Virus record (IMG/VR): IMGVR_UViG_3300046808_001301
Length of the DNA stretch: 64,000 nt
Origin: a virus
Strand: one strand, 5' to 3'
Every line of letters starts with the position of its first letter. The stretch's first letter is position 1. Shown piece after piece: positions 26,323 through 36,156 of the stretch. The position numbers were made by a program, and so were the translations under genes. The notes under the pieces were generated by a model. It was not told the origin of the DNA and made no database searches. It saw only the letters and a list, made by a program, of their open reading frames with translations.

Positions 26323-26548
26323 TTCATTAGATCTCGCAGCAGAGTTTCTTTTAGATCATCCTCCTCTTGACGAACTGAACGGTTCAATTATAGATGTAGT
26401 GGAGCGATATCGATATAAAACGTTAGCAAAATCAGAAGCTGTTATGTTGTTGTTAGCGGAACATCGCAAATACCTCATCTCATTTTCTGACGCTCAACGT
26501 GCACTAGCAGAAGAATTATTTGAAATAGATCAGCAGTTCGCTTCTTAA
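26285..26548 (+). CDS. hypothetical protein
   Basis: ORF; start uncertain. Confidence 0.55.
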   Translation: MVILLYRRQPLNNSLDLAAEFLLDHPPLDELNGSIIDVVERYRYKTLAKSEAVMLLLAEHRKYLISFSDAQRALAEELFEIDQQFAS

Positions 26549-26577
26549 AAAAATACACAGAAAGCCTAAGTAGGGGT

Positions 26578-27198
26578 ATGAAGTCAACCATGCCCCAAAT
26601 TAGCTTTTTGTGTGCTATATTTTTATTAGCATCGTGTACGGTTTACACTGAAAAACAATCAGAAGCTCTTTCGCGTGCAGTATATGCAACAAAGGATTCT
26701 TTAGATACAGCTCGCATTGATACTGCAATCACGTATTCTACTGAAGCAGGACGCATCGTAAAACCACCAAAACACAGAATTCCTATTGAGTCTGTGTATC
26801 AAAAAATTGTAACAACTATTCCTGTTACAACCAGTAGTGCTAAACCTAAAACTCCGATTCCTATTAACAAACAGAGAGTTTTAATAATTCCTGAACAGTA
26901 TAAAAACGACACAGCAATTGTTGTTAATTCGGAAGAGTATCAGCAACTATTAAAAGACAAACAAATTTTTGAACAATTAAAAAGTGATTTAAAAAATGAA
27001 CAAAAATTTAAAAAAGAAGTTGACGAAGAGTTGCAAAGACAAAAAGAATACGCAGAAAAAATGGTCAAGGATTTGAACATTATGCAAAAGAAATTAGTCG
27101 AGAAGGACTTGGCTATTCTAAAACGCAACATTGTAATCGTGATACTGTTGGCTCTTGGAGCTGCTGGCATCTATTTAAGAATGAAAGGAATATTGTAA
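26578..27198 (+). CDS. putative unimolecular spanin
   Basis: Lipobox LLASC at N-terminus, coiled coil, C-terminal TM; next to holin and endolysin. Confidence 0.65.
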   Translation: MKSTMPQISFLCAIFLLASCTVYTEKQSEALSRAVYATKDSLDTARIDTAITYSTEAGRIVKPPKHRIPIESVYQKIVTTIPVTTSSAKPKTPIPINKQRVLIIPEQYKNDTAIVVNSEEYQQLLKDKQIFEQLKSDLKNEQKFKKEVDEELQRQKEYAEKMVKDLNIMQKKLVEKDLAILKRNIVIVILLALGAAGIYLRMKGIL

Positions 27199-27199
27199 T

Positions 27200-27316
27200 A
27201 TGGAAAAGCTAAACGAACTATTGTTTAAATGTGGACACTTCTTAGCAAATCATCCAATGAAGGCCTCCTTTTTATTAGGATTGGTTGTTGGGTTTTTGTT
27301 GGGATTCATGCTGTAA
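27200..27316 (+). CDS. 38-aa membrane peptide in lysis cassette
   Basis: Hand-translated MEKLNELLFKCGHFLANHPMKASFLLGLVVGFLLGFML. Confidence 0.55.
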   Translation: MEKLNELLFKCGHFLANHPMKASFLLGLVVGFLLGFML

Positions 27317-27320
27317 ATAT

Positions 27321-27746
27321 ATGTGGAACAAGGTTACAGAGATCGCTCAATCTGCTGCAGCAATGTTGCAGACCGGAAAGGCACCTCCTAACACTCCTTC
27401 TAATCTTAAAGATCAATTAGAAGGTGTTAATTTTCTAACTTCAAAAAAGTTTTTTGTAGTTTTTTGCTCTGTAATCATATTGTCATTGTTTTACGGTGCT
27501 AGTATTTTTGTTTTATTTTTAACCGCAAAGGCGCCGACTCTAACAGTGCCATTTGTAACTATTTTTACAGAAACAGTAAAAATTCTTGCTGTAATAATTG
27601 CGAGTTACTTAGGAGTACAAACTGTGTTGGATTTTAAGTACAACTCAAATACTACAACTGATTTGAATTACTCACGTCAAGACAACACTGATTCCGTAAC
27701 AGTAATACACACTAATGCAAAGGAGGACGATTATGAACTCAACTGA
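27321..27746 (+). CDS. putative holin (2 TM)
   Basis: LTSKKFF + two TM helices; upstream of lysozyme. Confidence 0.6.
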   Translation: MWNKVTEIAQSAAAMLQTGKAPPNTPSNLKDQLEGVNFLTSKKFFVVFCSVIILSLFYGASIFVLFLTAKAPTLTVPFVTIFTETVKILAVIIASYLGVQTVLDFKYNSNTTTDLNYSRQDNTDSVTVIHTNAKEDDYELN

Positions 27747-28356
27747 ACCTTCTACAGATACTCTTAAGCTGTTGCTCGAATTTGAAGTAGGAGGAGGAGA
27801 ACAATATTATACAAAATATTTGTCTAAATTTACTTGGCCCGGAGGAGCTTCTGGTCCAACGATAGCAATTGGAGTGGATTGTTGTTATTATTCGAGCGAT
27901 GAATTGGAAAAGATATTTTCGTTTTTACCAAAGGACCAACAAAAGCTTATAAAAGAATCGACAGGCAAATCTGGAGAAAAAGGAAAAGAATATACGAAAA
28001 CTTTAAGGCAAGCTGGAATAGTTGTAAATTGGAATGACGCTTTGTCTATTTTTAATAGATTAACTTGGCCTAAGTTTACAAAACTAGCAGAAAAAGCGTT
28101 TCCTGGGTTAAACAATCTTCATCCAAATGCTTATGGAGCAATCGTATCTCTCGTTTTTAATAGAGGAACGAGCATGAAGGGATCCTCGCGAACAGAAATG
28201 AGAAGCTTAAGGGATACATATATTCCAAAAAAAGATTATAAAAATATTGCTGCTCAGCTCAGAAAGATGAAAAGATTGTGGGTTGGTAAAAATTTGGATG
28301 GACTACTTACGCGCAGAGAAGCAGAAGCAAAGTTAGTTGAAACAGCTTTAAGTTAA
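27733..28356 (+). CDS. endolysin, lysozyme-like (GH24/pesticin-type)
   Basis: LLLEFE...WPGGASGPTIAIGVD...AIVSLVFNRG...GLLTRREAEA; AGGAGG upstream. Confidence 0.85.
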   Translation: MNSTEPSTDTLKLLLEFEVGGGEQYYTKYLSKFTWPGGASGPTIAIGVDCCYYSSDELEKIFSFLPKDQQKLIKESTGKSGEKGKEYTKTLRQAGIVVNWNDALSIFNRLTWPKFTKLAEKAFPGLNNLHPNAYGAIVSLVFNRGTSMKGSSRTEMRSLRDTYIPKKDYKNIAAQLRKMKRLWVGKNLDGLLTRREAEAKLVETALS

Positions 28357-28544
28357 TGTTGTTCGGAGTTCCAATAGAAAAGGATCCACAAATAAACGAA
28401 TTAGTGGATAACGTTTTTAGCCAAATGTCCAAAATTAGGGACGAACATGGACAACCCAATGTTGTTGCTTTTAATGAAATAAAGTTTGTTTCCTTCGAAG
28501 ACGCTGTAAAAGAACTAGTTGCATTAAAAAACGTAAAGTGTTAA
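28356..28544 (+). CDS. hypothetical protein
   Basis: ORF. Confidence 0.6.
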   Translation: MLFGVPIEKDPQINELVDNVFSQMSKIRDEHGQPNVVAFNEIKFVSFEDAVKELVALKNVKC

Positions 28545-28602
28545 AAAACTGTTGCCTTGTCCGTTTAACTCCTGTATGGTGGATCTTGTAACAATCAAAC
28601 AT

Positions 28603-29484
28603 ATGACAGACACACTGCAAATACTAACCGTAGATGAAGCAATCAGCCGAGTTCCTGCTATTGGAGCAACTGGCCCATCGGAGCGCGTCTCTGACCGCTA
28701 TCAATTCGTATCAACCCGCGAGATTTTGGAACGCGTTCATGAGGACGGCTGGCGTATTACTGGAGCTAGCGCTCAAAGTCGTAGTCCGTATGCTCAACAT
28801 CGGGTAACATTGGTACACGAGCGAGATGTCGATACTGCTCGCAACTATCAGCGCGACCTGGCTAGTCAGCCTGTTGAGGGCATTTCTCGTATTGAAATGT
28901 TTAATTCTCACGACAAAACTAAACGTTTGTTGTTTGCTATTGGATACTTCAAATTTGCTTGCTCCAACGGACTCATCGTTGCTAGTGGGCCCACGGAAAC
29001 AATTCGAGCTAAGCATCGGTTTTCTGACGACCGACTCGAACAAATCATGGACCAGGTTTCAGCAATTTCTGAACGTTTTCCGGTCATCAACCAAACTATT
29101 AGCGATTTCCAGTCGCGCCAATTGACTGAGGGAGAGCAAGTCGCTTACGCTCAATTCGCTATCAAAGGACGCTTTAACTATCGTCCGGAAATGCCTAAGC
29201 GTTTTCGCGATATGGGACGAACGGTAGAAAAGCTTCTCACTCATCGTCGAGATGTTGATAACGGAAACAACGTTTGGCAAGTTCTCAATCGAGTACAGGA
29301 AAATCTTATTCGAGGAGTCGAAGGATTTTCGCGACCAATTCGTGGATATTCAGATTCAGTTCGAGTCAATCAGCTCCTTTGGAAGGGAGCTGAAACTGCT
29401 CTGAAGTTTGATTCTCAAGCTTTTAACAAAGCTCTGATGGACTTGATCGTAAAGGACGGAAAAAAAGGTAAGATCGCTGCTTAA
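28603..29484 (+). CDS. DUF932/DUF945 family protein
   Basis: SDRYQFVST, NSHD, FACSNGLI, RR..D...W..LNRVQENLIRG; TGTCC promoter at 28552. Confidence 0.8.
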   Translation: MTDTLQILTVDEAISRVPAIGATGPSERVSDRYQFVSTREILERVHEDGWRITGASAQSRSPYAQHRVTLVHERDVDTARNYQRDLASQPVEGISRIEMFNSHDKTKRLLFAIGYFKFACSNGLIVASGPTETIRAKHRFSDDRLEQIMDQVSAISERFPVINQTISDFQSRQLTEGEQVAYAQFAIKGRFNYRPEMPKRFRDMGRTVEKLLTHRRDVDNGNNVWQVLNRVQENLIRGVEGFSRPIRGYSDSVRVNQLLWKGAETALKFDSQAFNKALMDLIVKDGKKGKIAA

Positions 29485-29494
29485 AGTAAATAAG

Positions 29495-29524
29495 AGAGCC
29501 CTCTTCGGAGGGCTCTTATTTATT
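29495..29524 (+). terminator. intrinsic terminator with UUCG loop
   Basis: AGAGCCCTC-TTCG-GAGGGCTCT-TATTTATT. Confidence 0.8.
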
Positions 29525-29525
29525 C

Positions 29526-29744
29526 ATGGTTAAAAAAGGCTTAATTCAATATTATTTTAAAGGTTCTAGAATGTCTAGCGAAGAATGTACCGTGAGGAGG
29601 CAAGATTCTTCGAGTCTTGTGGTCTTTAGAAATACCGACGAAGAACTTATAGAATTTATTCGCTGTGGACAACATTGGCTTCTTAAGGGACACTCATCTA
29701 CGAACGATCTATTGTATGGATCTCGTTTCTTGGAAAAAAACTAA
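29526..29744 (+). CDS. hypothetical protein
   Basis: ORF. Confidence 0.6.
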   Translation: MVKKGLIQYYFKGSRMSSEECTVRRQDSSSLVVFRNTDEELIEFIRCGQHWLLKGHSSTNDLLYGSRFLEKN

Positions 29745-30181
29745 TGATAGAAAAAATATTTAATACGTACTCCATTTCTCACAAAAATTTGAGAGCATTG
29801 ATTGTAAAGTTTGCGAAATCTTTGGGAGTTAAACGTGTTACTTTTTCTACCAAAGCACTATATGTCAGAGGAACATACAACGCATTTACTGGAAGTATGT
29901 TTTTAGATTTGAATCAGACCAATACTGAGCTACTGCATACTTTTTTTCATGAGCTTGGGCATCACATGGCTGTTAAACAAAAACGTATGGTTGGTTATCA
30001 TTATTGCACTGTTCCTTCCATGTCTTTTGATCAAATTTTTAAATCGGAAAATAAAGTAGACCGTATTGGAGAAAAGCTTTGGTATAAATATGTAGACGTT
30101 GCTCAGTGGGGCAAATATAAATATTCATATCCAAAATCACAAAAAAATCATATTATTAAAAACTTTTTTAACAAACAATAA
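29744..30181 (+). CDS. HExxH metallopeptidase-like protein (ImmA/IrrE-like)
   Basis: TFFHELGH followed by a distal E. Confidence 0.6.
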   Translation: MIEKIFNTYSISHKNLRALIVKFAKSLGVKRVTFSTKALYVRGTYNAFTGSMFLDLNQTNTELLHTFFHELGHHMAVKQKRMVGYHYCTVPSMSFDQIFKSENKVDRIGEKLWYKYVDVAQWGKYKYSYPKSQKNHIIKNFFNKQ

Positions 30182-30396
30182 TGACAAACATATCAGCATT
30201 TGTATATAAAGACGGGGAAGAATTTTATTTCGATCCAGAGAATTATTCAGAAAACACTGAGGCGAGACTTTCAGTAAATTACGAAGACGGGGACTTTGTT
30301 AAGTGGGATTGGGAAGGCCAAACATTAATGGGAACATTAAGAGAAGTTGGAAGAGACATTGGGTTGTTTGCAATCGAAGGCGTCACTACTAAATGA
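30181..30396 (+). CDS. hypothetical protein
   Basis: ORF. Confidence 0.65.
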   Translation: MTNISAFVYKDGEEFYFDPENYSENTEARLSVNYEDGDFVKWDWEGQTLMGTLREVGRDIGLFAIEGVTTK

Positions 30397-31190
30397 CGAA
30401 CCTGTTTAAAGAGCTATCAATTTTTAACAGAGTTACTTTTGTTGAAGATTCTCATTCGTATCTGATAGACAACAAACCGACGAATAGCCCTTCCGTAACT
30501 CAATTGCTCAAGCGATTTAAACGCAAATTTGATGCAGATGCTGCTTCTTTGAGAACTGCTAAAAAACGAGGAGTCACTCAAGAGCAAGTTAAAGCTGAGT
30601 GGGAAATGAATAATTTGTACTCAACCACTATAGGCAGCATGCTGCACAAATACATTGAGAATTTCTACTGCAATAAGAAGATTGCTTATGAAGGAACGTT
30701 TCAGCAATTAGGGTTTGATGAGAAAAGAAAACTCGAGCAAAATTTTCCTGTCCTCGTTCAACATTTTCAAAATTTCTACAATGATAATCCGCACATCCAT
30801 TGTGTGAAGAACGAAGTAGTTCTTGGAGATATTAACGATACCAAAGTATGTGGAATGTCGGATATGCTTTGTTATAATGAACAGACAGATGGTTTGGAAA
30901 TTTTAGACTTTAAGACTAACAAAAAAATGGAGAGAAACAGCAAGCACGGAAAGTTGTTTTATCCGTTCGAGCACTTAGATGAGTGTGAAGTAAATGAATA
31001 TGCAATTCAACTAAACACTTATAAATATTTTATAGAAAAAAATACCAATCTTAAAATAGACAAATTAAAAATTATTTGGTTCAACGTAGTTAATGATAAC
31101 TACAAACAGATCGAACTAGCTGACATGCAAAATCAAGTTAAATTAATGTTTGATCGCTTTAAGTCTGATTCCCTATTTGCAAATATATAA
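30393..31190 (+). CDS. PD-(D/E)XK exonuclease (Cas4-like fold)
   Basis: SVTQ, GSMLH..IE, CGMSD, ILDFKTN, QLNTY. Confidence 0.85.
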   Translation: MTNLFKELSIFNRVTFVEDSHSYLIDNKPTNSPSVTQLLKRFKRKFDADAASLRTAKKRGVTQEQVKAEWEMNNLYSTTIGSMLHKYIENFYCNKKIAYEGTFQQLGFDEKRKLEQNFPVLVQHFQNFYNDNPHIHCVKNEVVLGDINDTKVCGMSDMLCYNEQTDGLEILDFKTNKKMERNSKHGKLFYPFEHLDECEVNEYAIQLNTYKYFIEKNTNLKIDKLKIIWFNVVNDNYKQIELADMQNQVKLMFDRFKSDSLFANI

Positions 31191-31521
31191 ACAAAGAAAT
31201 AACATACAAAGGAGCTGTCAGTACTATATCGTTGATGCAAAAAGCTCCAACCAAAGATGTCCAAAACATTAAACACATAGGACAGCTAACCATTTTTAAA
31301 ATAAACTTTTTAAATCTATTAGAGCTCTTGAGGGACAATTCGTATAAAAAATCAGGAAAGTATGAACGAGAGTTTTTGCTAATAAATTTAGTATAACGTA
31401 GCCTTAGGTCTTCCCCGAGACCAAATAATTGAGAGTAATATACAAACCAATCTGTGCGAAACCAAGCAATGGAAATTAGCACATTCCAAAATATTAAGTA
31501 AAAAAATTCAATTGTTACCAT
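31159..31521 (-). CDS. membrane protein with CPxC..FW motif (DUF1360-like)
   Basis: Start at MVTIEFF; SCPMCLMFWTSL. Confidence 0.55.
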   Translation of the reverse strand: MVTIEFFYLIFWNVLISIAWFRTDWFVYYSQLFGLGEDLRLRYTKFISKNSRSYFPDFLYELSLKSSNRFKKFILKMVSCPMCLMFWTSLVGAFCINDIVLTAPLYVISLFIYLQIGNQT

Positions 31522-31531
31522 AAATATAATT

Positions 31532-31957
31532 ATGAAGTTTGATGATTTATACAATAAGGTATTCGTCTCTGAACAGGACGAGGACGAAGATTTGACAGCA
31601 ACTGACAAAGATGTTGCTGACCCAGCCGATTTTGATGACGTCGAACCTCTTCCGCTTCCGGAACCAGCTTCGGTTCCTGAGACTCCTCTCGCAACAGATG
31701 GTACCGAGACAGCTCCTGTCCAACCTAGTGGTGGTGGCATTTCAAGCTATATTAGCGAATTAGAAGATTTTGCAAATAAGTTGAATGGCACTGAGGCAAA
31801 TTCATTGCAAAGCTTGGTTTCTCAATTAGACCGCCCAGGAACTCCTTTTGACGGCATTTCCGCTAGAACTCGCTCAGAAATCGTTAGAGTAGCAGAAACT
31901 CTTCGTTCTATTTCTGAAAATTTAAAGAGCTTTATTATTAACGCTGCTAAAAAGTAA
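31532..31957 (+). CDS. acidic late protein with MKF..E leader (putative prohead core or internal protein)
   Basis: CATAAATA promoter; MKFDDLYNKVFVSE. Confidence 0.65.
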   Translation: MKFDDLYNKVFVSEQDEDEDLTATDKDVADPADFDDVEPLPLPEPASVPETPLATDGTETAPVQPSGGGISSYISELEDFANKLNGTEANSLQSLVSQLDRPGTPFDGISARTRSEIVRVAETLRSISENLKSFIINAAKK

Positions 31958-31996
31958 TTTTAGTTGTCTAATTTATAATTGTAGTATTATAAACTC

Positions 31997-33010
31997 GTGG
32001 AGTTAAACCAAGAGTTATTAGTAGAAACGTTTTTTTCTTACTGCAAAAGACCATTATACAAACGTTATCAAAACGTATATAATGCGGAGTGTCCTGTATG
32101 CAAAGAAGGCAAATCAGCAGGCAGGTCCAGACGACTGTTTTACTTCCCGCATAAAGATTATCTTTATTGTCACAATTGTGTAAAATCCTGGAGATCGTTT
32201 GAATGGGTTAAAGAAGTTACTGGGTGGACGTTTCCTGAAATCATTAAAAAGAACGAAGAAAAAAACAACTCTTCTACAATAAAACAAACCACCATCCCAA
32301 TAGAACAGCCAAAGCTAATTATTGAAATTCCGGACTTGCCTGAGAACTCGATTGATTTGACAGACGAAAAACAGTTGGAATTTTATAAAGACAACAAATT
32401 TGTAAAATTGGCTTTGGAATATTGTCAAACCAGACGTTTGTTTACAGCTACAAACAGTTGCAAAACGTTTTATTTGTCTTTAGAAGACAAAGTGCATAAG
32501 AATCGATTGGTTATTCCGTTTCTTAATACTAACAACAAAGTACAGTGCTACCAGACACGAGCGTTGACATCAAATCAGTTTCCTAAATACTTGACCAAGT
32601 TTGGTGAAAAGGAGCTCTTTGGCATTAACAATATCGATTGCGCTATACCGTATGTTTTCATTTTTGAGGGACCAATCGATTCGATGTTTGTTAAGAACGG
32701 AGTTGCTATGGCCTCATTGTCTCCAACAGAACATCAACTCCAGCAGCTTAATAATTTAATTGGGTATGAACAGATATGGGTGTTTGACAACGACAAAAAC
32801 AACAAACAAACTGCTAGCAAGATTGCTAAGCATGTTGACAGCGGCAAGCGTATCTTTATATGGCCAAAAGAATTTTCAAAGTTTAAAGACTTTAATGAAA
32901 TTTGCTGTAGCTTAGAAACTGATGAAATTCCGTGGAAGTTTGTTGTTAAAAATTCCGTGCAAGGAATGGAAGCAAAAATAAAATTTAAGTTAGCGCTTAC
33001 CGCCAACTGA
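31997..33010 (+). CDS. gp61: DNA primase (T4 gp61-like)
   Basis: CPVC..YCHNC Zn ribbon, RLVIPF, PKYLT, FEGPIDSMF, FDND, KDFNE. Confidence 0.92.
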   Translation: MELNQELLVETFFSYCKRPLYKRYQNVYNAECPVCKEGKSAGRSRRLFYFPHKDYLYCHNCVKSWRSFEWVKEVTGWTFPEIIKKNEEKNNSSTIKQTTIPIEQPKLIIEIPDLPENSIDLTDEKQLEFYKDNKFVKLALEYCQTRRLFTATNSCKTFYLSLEDKVHKNRLVIPFLNTNNKVQCYQTRALTSNQFPKYLTKFGEKELFGINNIDCAIPYVFIFEGPIDSMFVKNGVAMASLSPTEHQLQQLNNLIGYEQIWVFDNDKNNKQTASKIAKHVDSGKRIFIWPKEFSKFKDFNEICCSLETDEIPWKFVVKNSVQGMEAKIKFKLALTAN

Positions 33011-34897
33011 AGGTCCACCAAGAGCGGCTAAAGATTTAGCAAAACTTGTAGCTCCTGATAAAGCTTTGTCCCAGTCGAACGACCCTCTAATAAAATTAGC
33101 AAAGTCTTCTAATAATCCATACAACCGTTTGGCGTCATCGTTTTTGTCTTTATACTTCTGTATGTCACTTACGGTGTATTTCCCTTCGATAAACGATTCA
33201 TCTGTTCCTTCAGAGGACTCTGGAGTTGGAGTCTCTTCAGAAGGCTTAGCGGAAGGCTCAACAGGAACCTCAACAGGCTTTTGTTCAATATAAGGATTAG
33301 ATGCAAATTTTCTAGCGACATCTTTAATCATGTCCTCGTGCTCCTGTGCTTTTACATACTCCTGTTCTACGTTTTCTCTGTATTTTGACAAAGATTCTTT
33401 GCTCGGAACGGTATTATTAGATTTAGGAGTTTCAGAAGAAGCGTTTGTTACAATTAAAGCGTCTTTGCTCCATTCTAAGCTGTTTGTTATAAACTTTTCA
33501 TATAATCCAAGCATTTCTGGACTTTGGAGATTCGGCATTATATCTTTTGTTGGTTGATCGGATTGAGGACCAGTGGTTGGCTGTTGTGGCTTGTCAGTTA
33601 ACTGTCCTTGAGCAGAAGGATTAAGCAAGTTGTCAATTTCTTCATCGGTTAAATCCGGAAATACTTTCTTTTTTCGTCCTTCTCCCCAACCGACCAATGA
33701 AAACATTTTAGCTAGAGCCAAAGGACCATAAGCTCTAAATACCTCCTTTTGATCGGTTAAATCTTTAATGACATAAGTTACAGGGTGCTGATTTTCAGTA
33801 TATTCGAAGGTAAAAGTATGCACTCCTTTGTTAGAAATTTCTATGTCAACTCTAGGTATGTCTCTAGAAGAAGCTTCCGTTAACGACTGAAATAGTTCTT
33901 CATATATTTCCTCAAAGCTTAATTTTTCTGCTAAAAGTCCTGGACGAACTTCAATTTTGGGATCAAATAATTTTTTTCTAATTACCTTTTCTCTAAATTG
34001 TTGATCAAAAAGAGCTCTTGTTGCTACAGCGATTGCTAAAATTCTGGCAGGAATGTCGGACCCATAAATTGCTGACATTTTAATATCAGGATATGGAACG
34101 GTTCCTGATGTATAATTTTCTGGATGCAAAATTATATTGCGCACAAACGCTGGCGTCTTTTTTGTGGACGGCTGAAACGTTTCTGGTTTTAGTTTTCGCA
34201 AACCAACAGAAGCTTTTTGTTTTAGCAATTCGTTTATTACGTTTTCAATGCTGACAGTTTTGTATGCATCAAGTTTTAATTTTCCTATATCTAGCTTAGC
34301 GCCTAGTTTCATGTAGGCCTCTTTGACAGAAATAGCCCATGGATCTACTGCTCGATAATCTAAAGGATATTGAATTTTGGATTTTTTTAAACGCTCTATA
34401 AACGAGTCGTAGGCTTTTTCGGCGTTTGCTTCTTTATCTTTTGGGTCCGGTTTTTTTCCTGGAGAGGTAGCAATTGGTTCTAAATATGATTGTTTTACCA
34501 TTGCAGCTAAATCAATCAACGGATAAGCATATTGAAAATTGGGTACTTGATTAGGATCTTTAGTGGACCGCACCGAGTTTTTGCTCACCGTGTATACAAT
34601 AGTATCAAACTCAGCTTCTGGAAATACACTTACGCCCAAATGTTTGAAAAGTACGTCATATGTAGTTTTAAGTTCCCCTTTCTTTTTAGCTAAAAAGGTT
34701 TTTACGTTTGTGGCTACTACTTCATCATCTTCTGTAGTTGCTGTTTCTGTAGAAGACGGAGTAGTAGGAGCGGCCGCCGCAGCGGCTGGTGCAGCAGTTG
34801 CTGGAGACGTTGAGGCCATCGGAGCAAGAGCAGCAACCGCTCCTCCTGATGGGTCCGCTTCACATAACAACGTTGCAACTAACTTTTCAAAATCCAT
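32990..34897 (-). CDS. large late protein, putative internal virion protein
   Basis: Start MDFEKLVATLLCE after TAAATA; internal SFEEIYEELFQSLTE motif. Confidence 0.65.
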   Translation of the reverse strand: MDFEKLVATLLCEADPSGGAVAALAPMASTSPATAAPAAAAAAPTTPSSTETATTEDDEVVATNVKTFLAKKKGELKTTYDVLFKHLGVSVFPEAEFDTIVYTVSKNSVRSTKDPNQVPNFQYAYPLIDLAAMVKQSYLEPIATSPGKKPDPKDKEANAEKAYDSFIERLKKSKIQYPLDYRAVDPWAISVKEAYMKLGAKLDIGKLKLDAYKTVSIENVINELLKQKASVGLRKLKPETFQPSTKKTPAFVRNIILHPENYTSGTVPYPDIKMSAIYGSDIPARILAIAVATRALFDQQFREKVIRKKLFDPKIEVRPGLLAEKLSFEEIYEELFQSLTEASSRDIPRVDIEISNKGVHTFTFEYTENQHPVTYVIKDLTDQKEVFRAYGPLALAKMFSLVGWGEGRKKKVFPDLTDEEIDNLLNPSAQGQLTDKPQQPTTGPQSDQPTKDIMPNLQSPEMLGLYEKFITNSLEWSKDALIVTNASSETPKSNNTVPSKESLSKYRENVEQEYVKAQEHEDMIKDVARKFASNPYIEQKPVEVPVEPSAKPSEETPTPESSEGTDESFIEGKYTVSDIQKYKDKNDDAKRLYGLLEDFANFIRGSFDWDKALSGATSFAKSLAALGGPSVGGKR

Positions 34898-34956
34898 TGT
34901 TATTGTATTTAATCCAAAAATTTGAAAAAAATATCTCAAAACGCTTAAATAATAAC

Positions 34957-35250
34957 ATGACAAACGCGTTTGATAAATTATGTGAGACAATTATGAGCAA
35001 TACTCAGCAGCAAAAGCCTGCTCCAAACGCTCAGGGAACAACGCCGCAAACCACACCGGCTCCTCAACAGCAAAATCAACAACAGAATCAACAACAGGCT
35101 CCTCAGCAACAGAATCAACAACAGCCCCAAATGAAGGATGAGGATTTGCTGAACGTGTTACAACAAAAAATGAATGATCAAAAATTTCGCGATCAATTCA
35201 TGAAAATGTTGAACTTAAATCAACAAAATGCCTCCGCAAAGCCAGTCTAA
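34957..35250 (+). CDS. Gln-rich small late protein
   Basis: TAAATA then MTNAFDKLCE; QQQNQQQ repeats. Confidence 0.65.
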   Translation: MTNAFDKLCETIMSNTQQQKPAPNAQGTTPQTTPAPQQQNQQQNQQQAPQQQNQQQPQMKDEDLLNVLQQKMNDQKFRDQFMKMLNLNQQNASAKPV

Positions 35251-35845
35251 GCAACGACAAAGTCGATGCTCTTATTGTGGCTCCACTAACAGAGGAAAAG
35301 GTTGTAGGTATGCTCCTCACGGAGTTCACATTCACGTAGATGATTCCACAAAATGCTCTTATTGTGGTTCTACTGCTTATGGTAGAGGATGCAAGTTAAA
35401 TCCTACTAGTGATTTGCATATAAGAGGAGCTGTTTTTAATTCGATGTTAAAAGAATCGGTACAAGATTTTATGGATAGTGAATTTTTATTGAGACAGTTA
35501 AGAAAAGATTTTACAACACTTCGGTGTTACGAGCTCGGTGTTATTGACGAAAACGGCAACAAACTGAGACAACCTATTACTGAACAAGAACAAGCTTCAT
35601 TTACTCCTCTTGTTAAAACTATTATTAAGCTCAAAAAGTACTTGGGGTCTAAAGTAGATTTGCTTGAAGCGTCTACTGCTTTGGAGGGACAAACATTCCA
35701 AACAGAAGATATAGAAAAATACAAGAAGCTTATTGAGCACAGAGAAAAAATTGACGAAGCTGTTGAAAATATTTTCAAACTTTTGGACGAAGCGGTGTCC
35801 GATGGCCTAACTCTCGAAGAAGTCAAAAAATTAATTAAGTCTTGA
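35228..35845 (+). CDS. T4-like conserved protein (gp30.3-like) with two N-terminal Cys repeats
   Basis: CSYCGS...G.GC x2; YELGVIDENG...FTPL...IIKLKK. Confidence 0.55.
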   Translation: MPPQSQSKQRQSRCSYCGSTNRGKGCRYAPHGVHIHVDDSTKCSYCGSTAYGRGCKLNPTSDLHIRGAVFNSMLKESVQDFMDSEFLLRQLRKDFTTLRCYELGVIDENGNKLRQPITEQEQASFTPLVKTIIKLKKYLGSKVDLLEASTALEGQTFQTEDIEKYKKLIEHREKIDEAVENIFKLLDEAVSDGLTLEEVKKLIKS

Positions 35846-35875
35846 CATAGCATATTATTATAGTATTCTCAGTGC

Positions 35876-36151
35876 ATGTCCAATATAAACATTGCACTAA
35901 GCGAAAGGGAACTTAACACAGCAATTTCTGGATTGCTTTTTTCATGTTCCGTAAACGTCGTATCAAACACCTCTCTTGAGCGTCAAACAGAATTGCTGCA
36001 GTTGGCAAAAAAGCTTAAGGAAGCAAAACCTGATATTAAGCTTACTGACATTGAATTTGTTGAAGAGGATGATTACGAAGATGAAGTTTCTTCTTTACTT
36101 TTAGAATCTTTCAAGGATAATTTAGAAATTACAACATTTGATCACGTATAA
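35876..36151 (+). CDS. hypothetical protein
   Basis: ATG 6 nt after TTGACA-N16-TATTCT. Confidence 0.7.
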   Translation: MSNINIALSERELNTAISGLLFSCSVNVVSNTSLERQTELLQLAKKLKEAKPDIKLTDIEFVEEDDYEDEVSSLLLESFKDNLEITTFDHV

Positions 36152-36156
36152 TTTTT

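Noticed and set aside
30393-31190. Cas4 as part of a CRISPR system
   Set aside because: A stand-alone PD-(D/E)XK nuclease with no cas genes, array or Fe-S cysteine cluster.
35060-35130. CAACAG/CAAAAT tandem repeats as an array
   Set aside because: They encode a Gln-rich low-complexity tract; there is no repeat-spacer structure.
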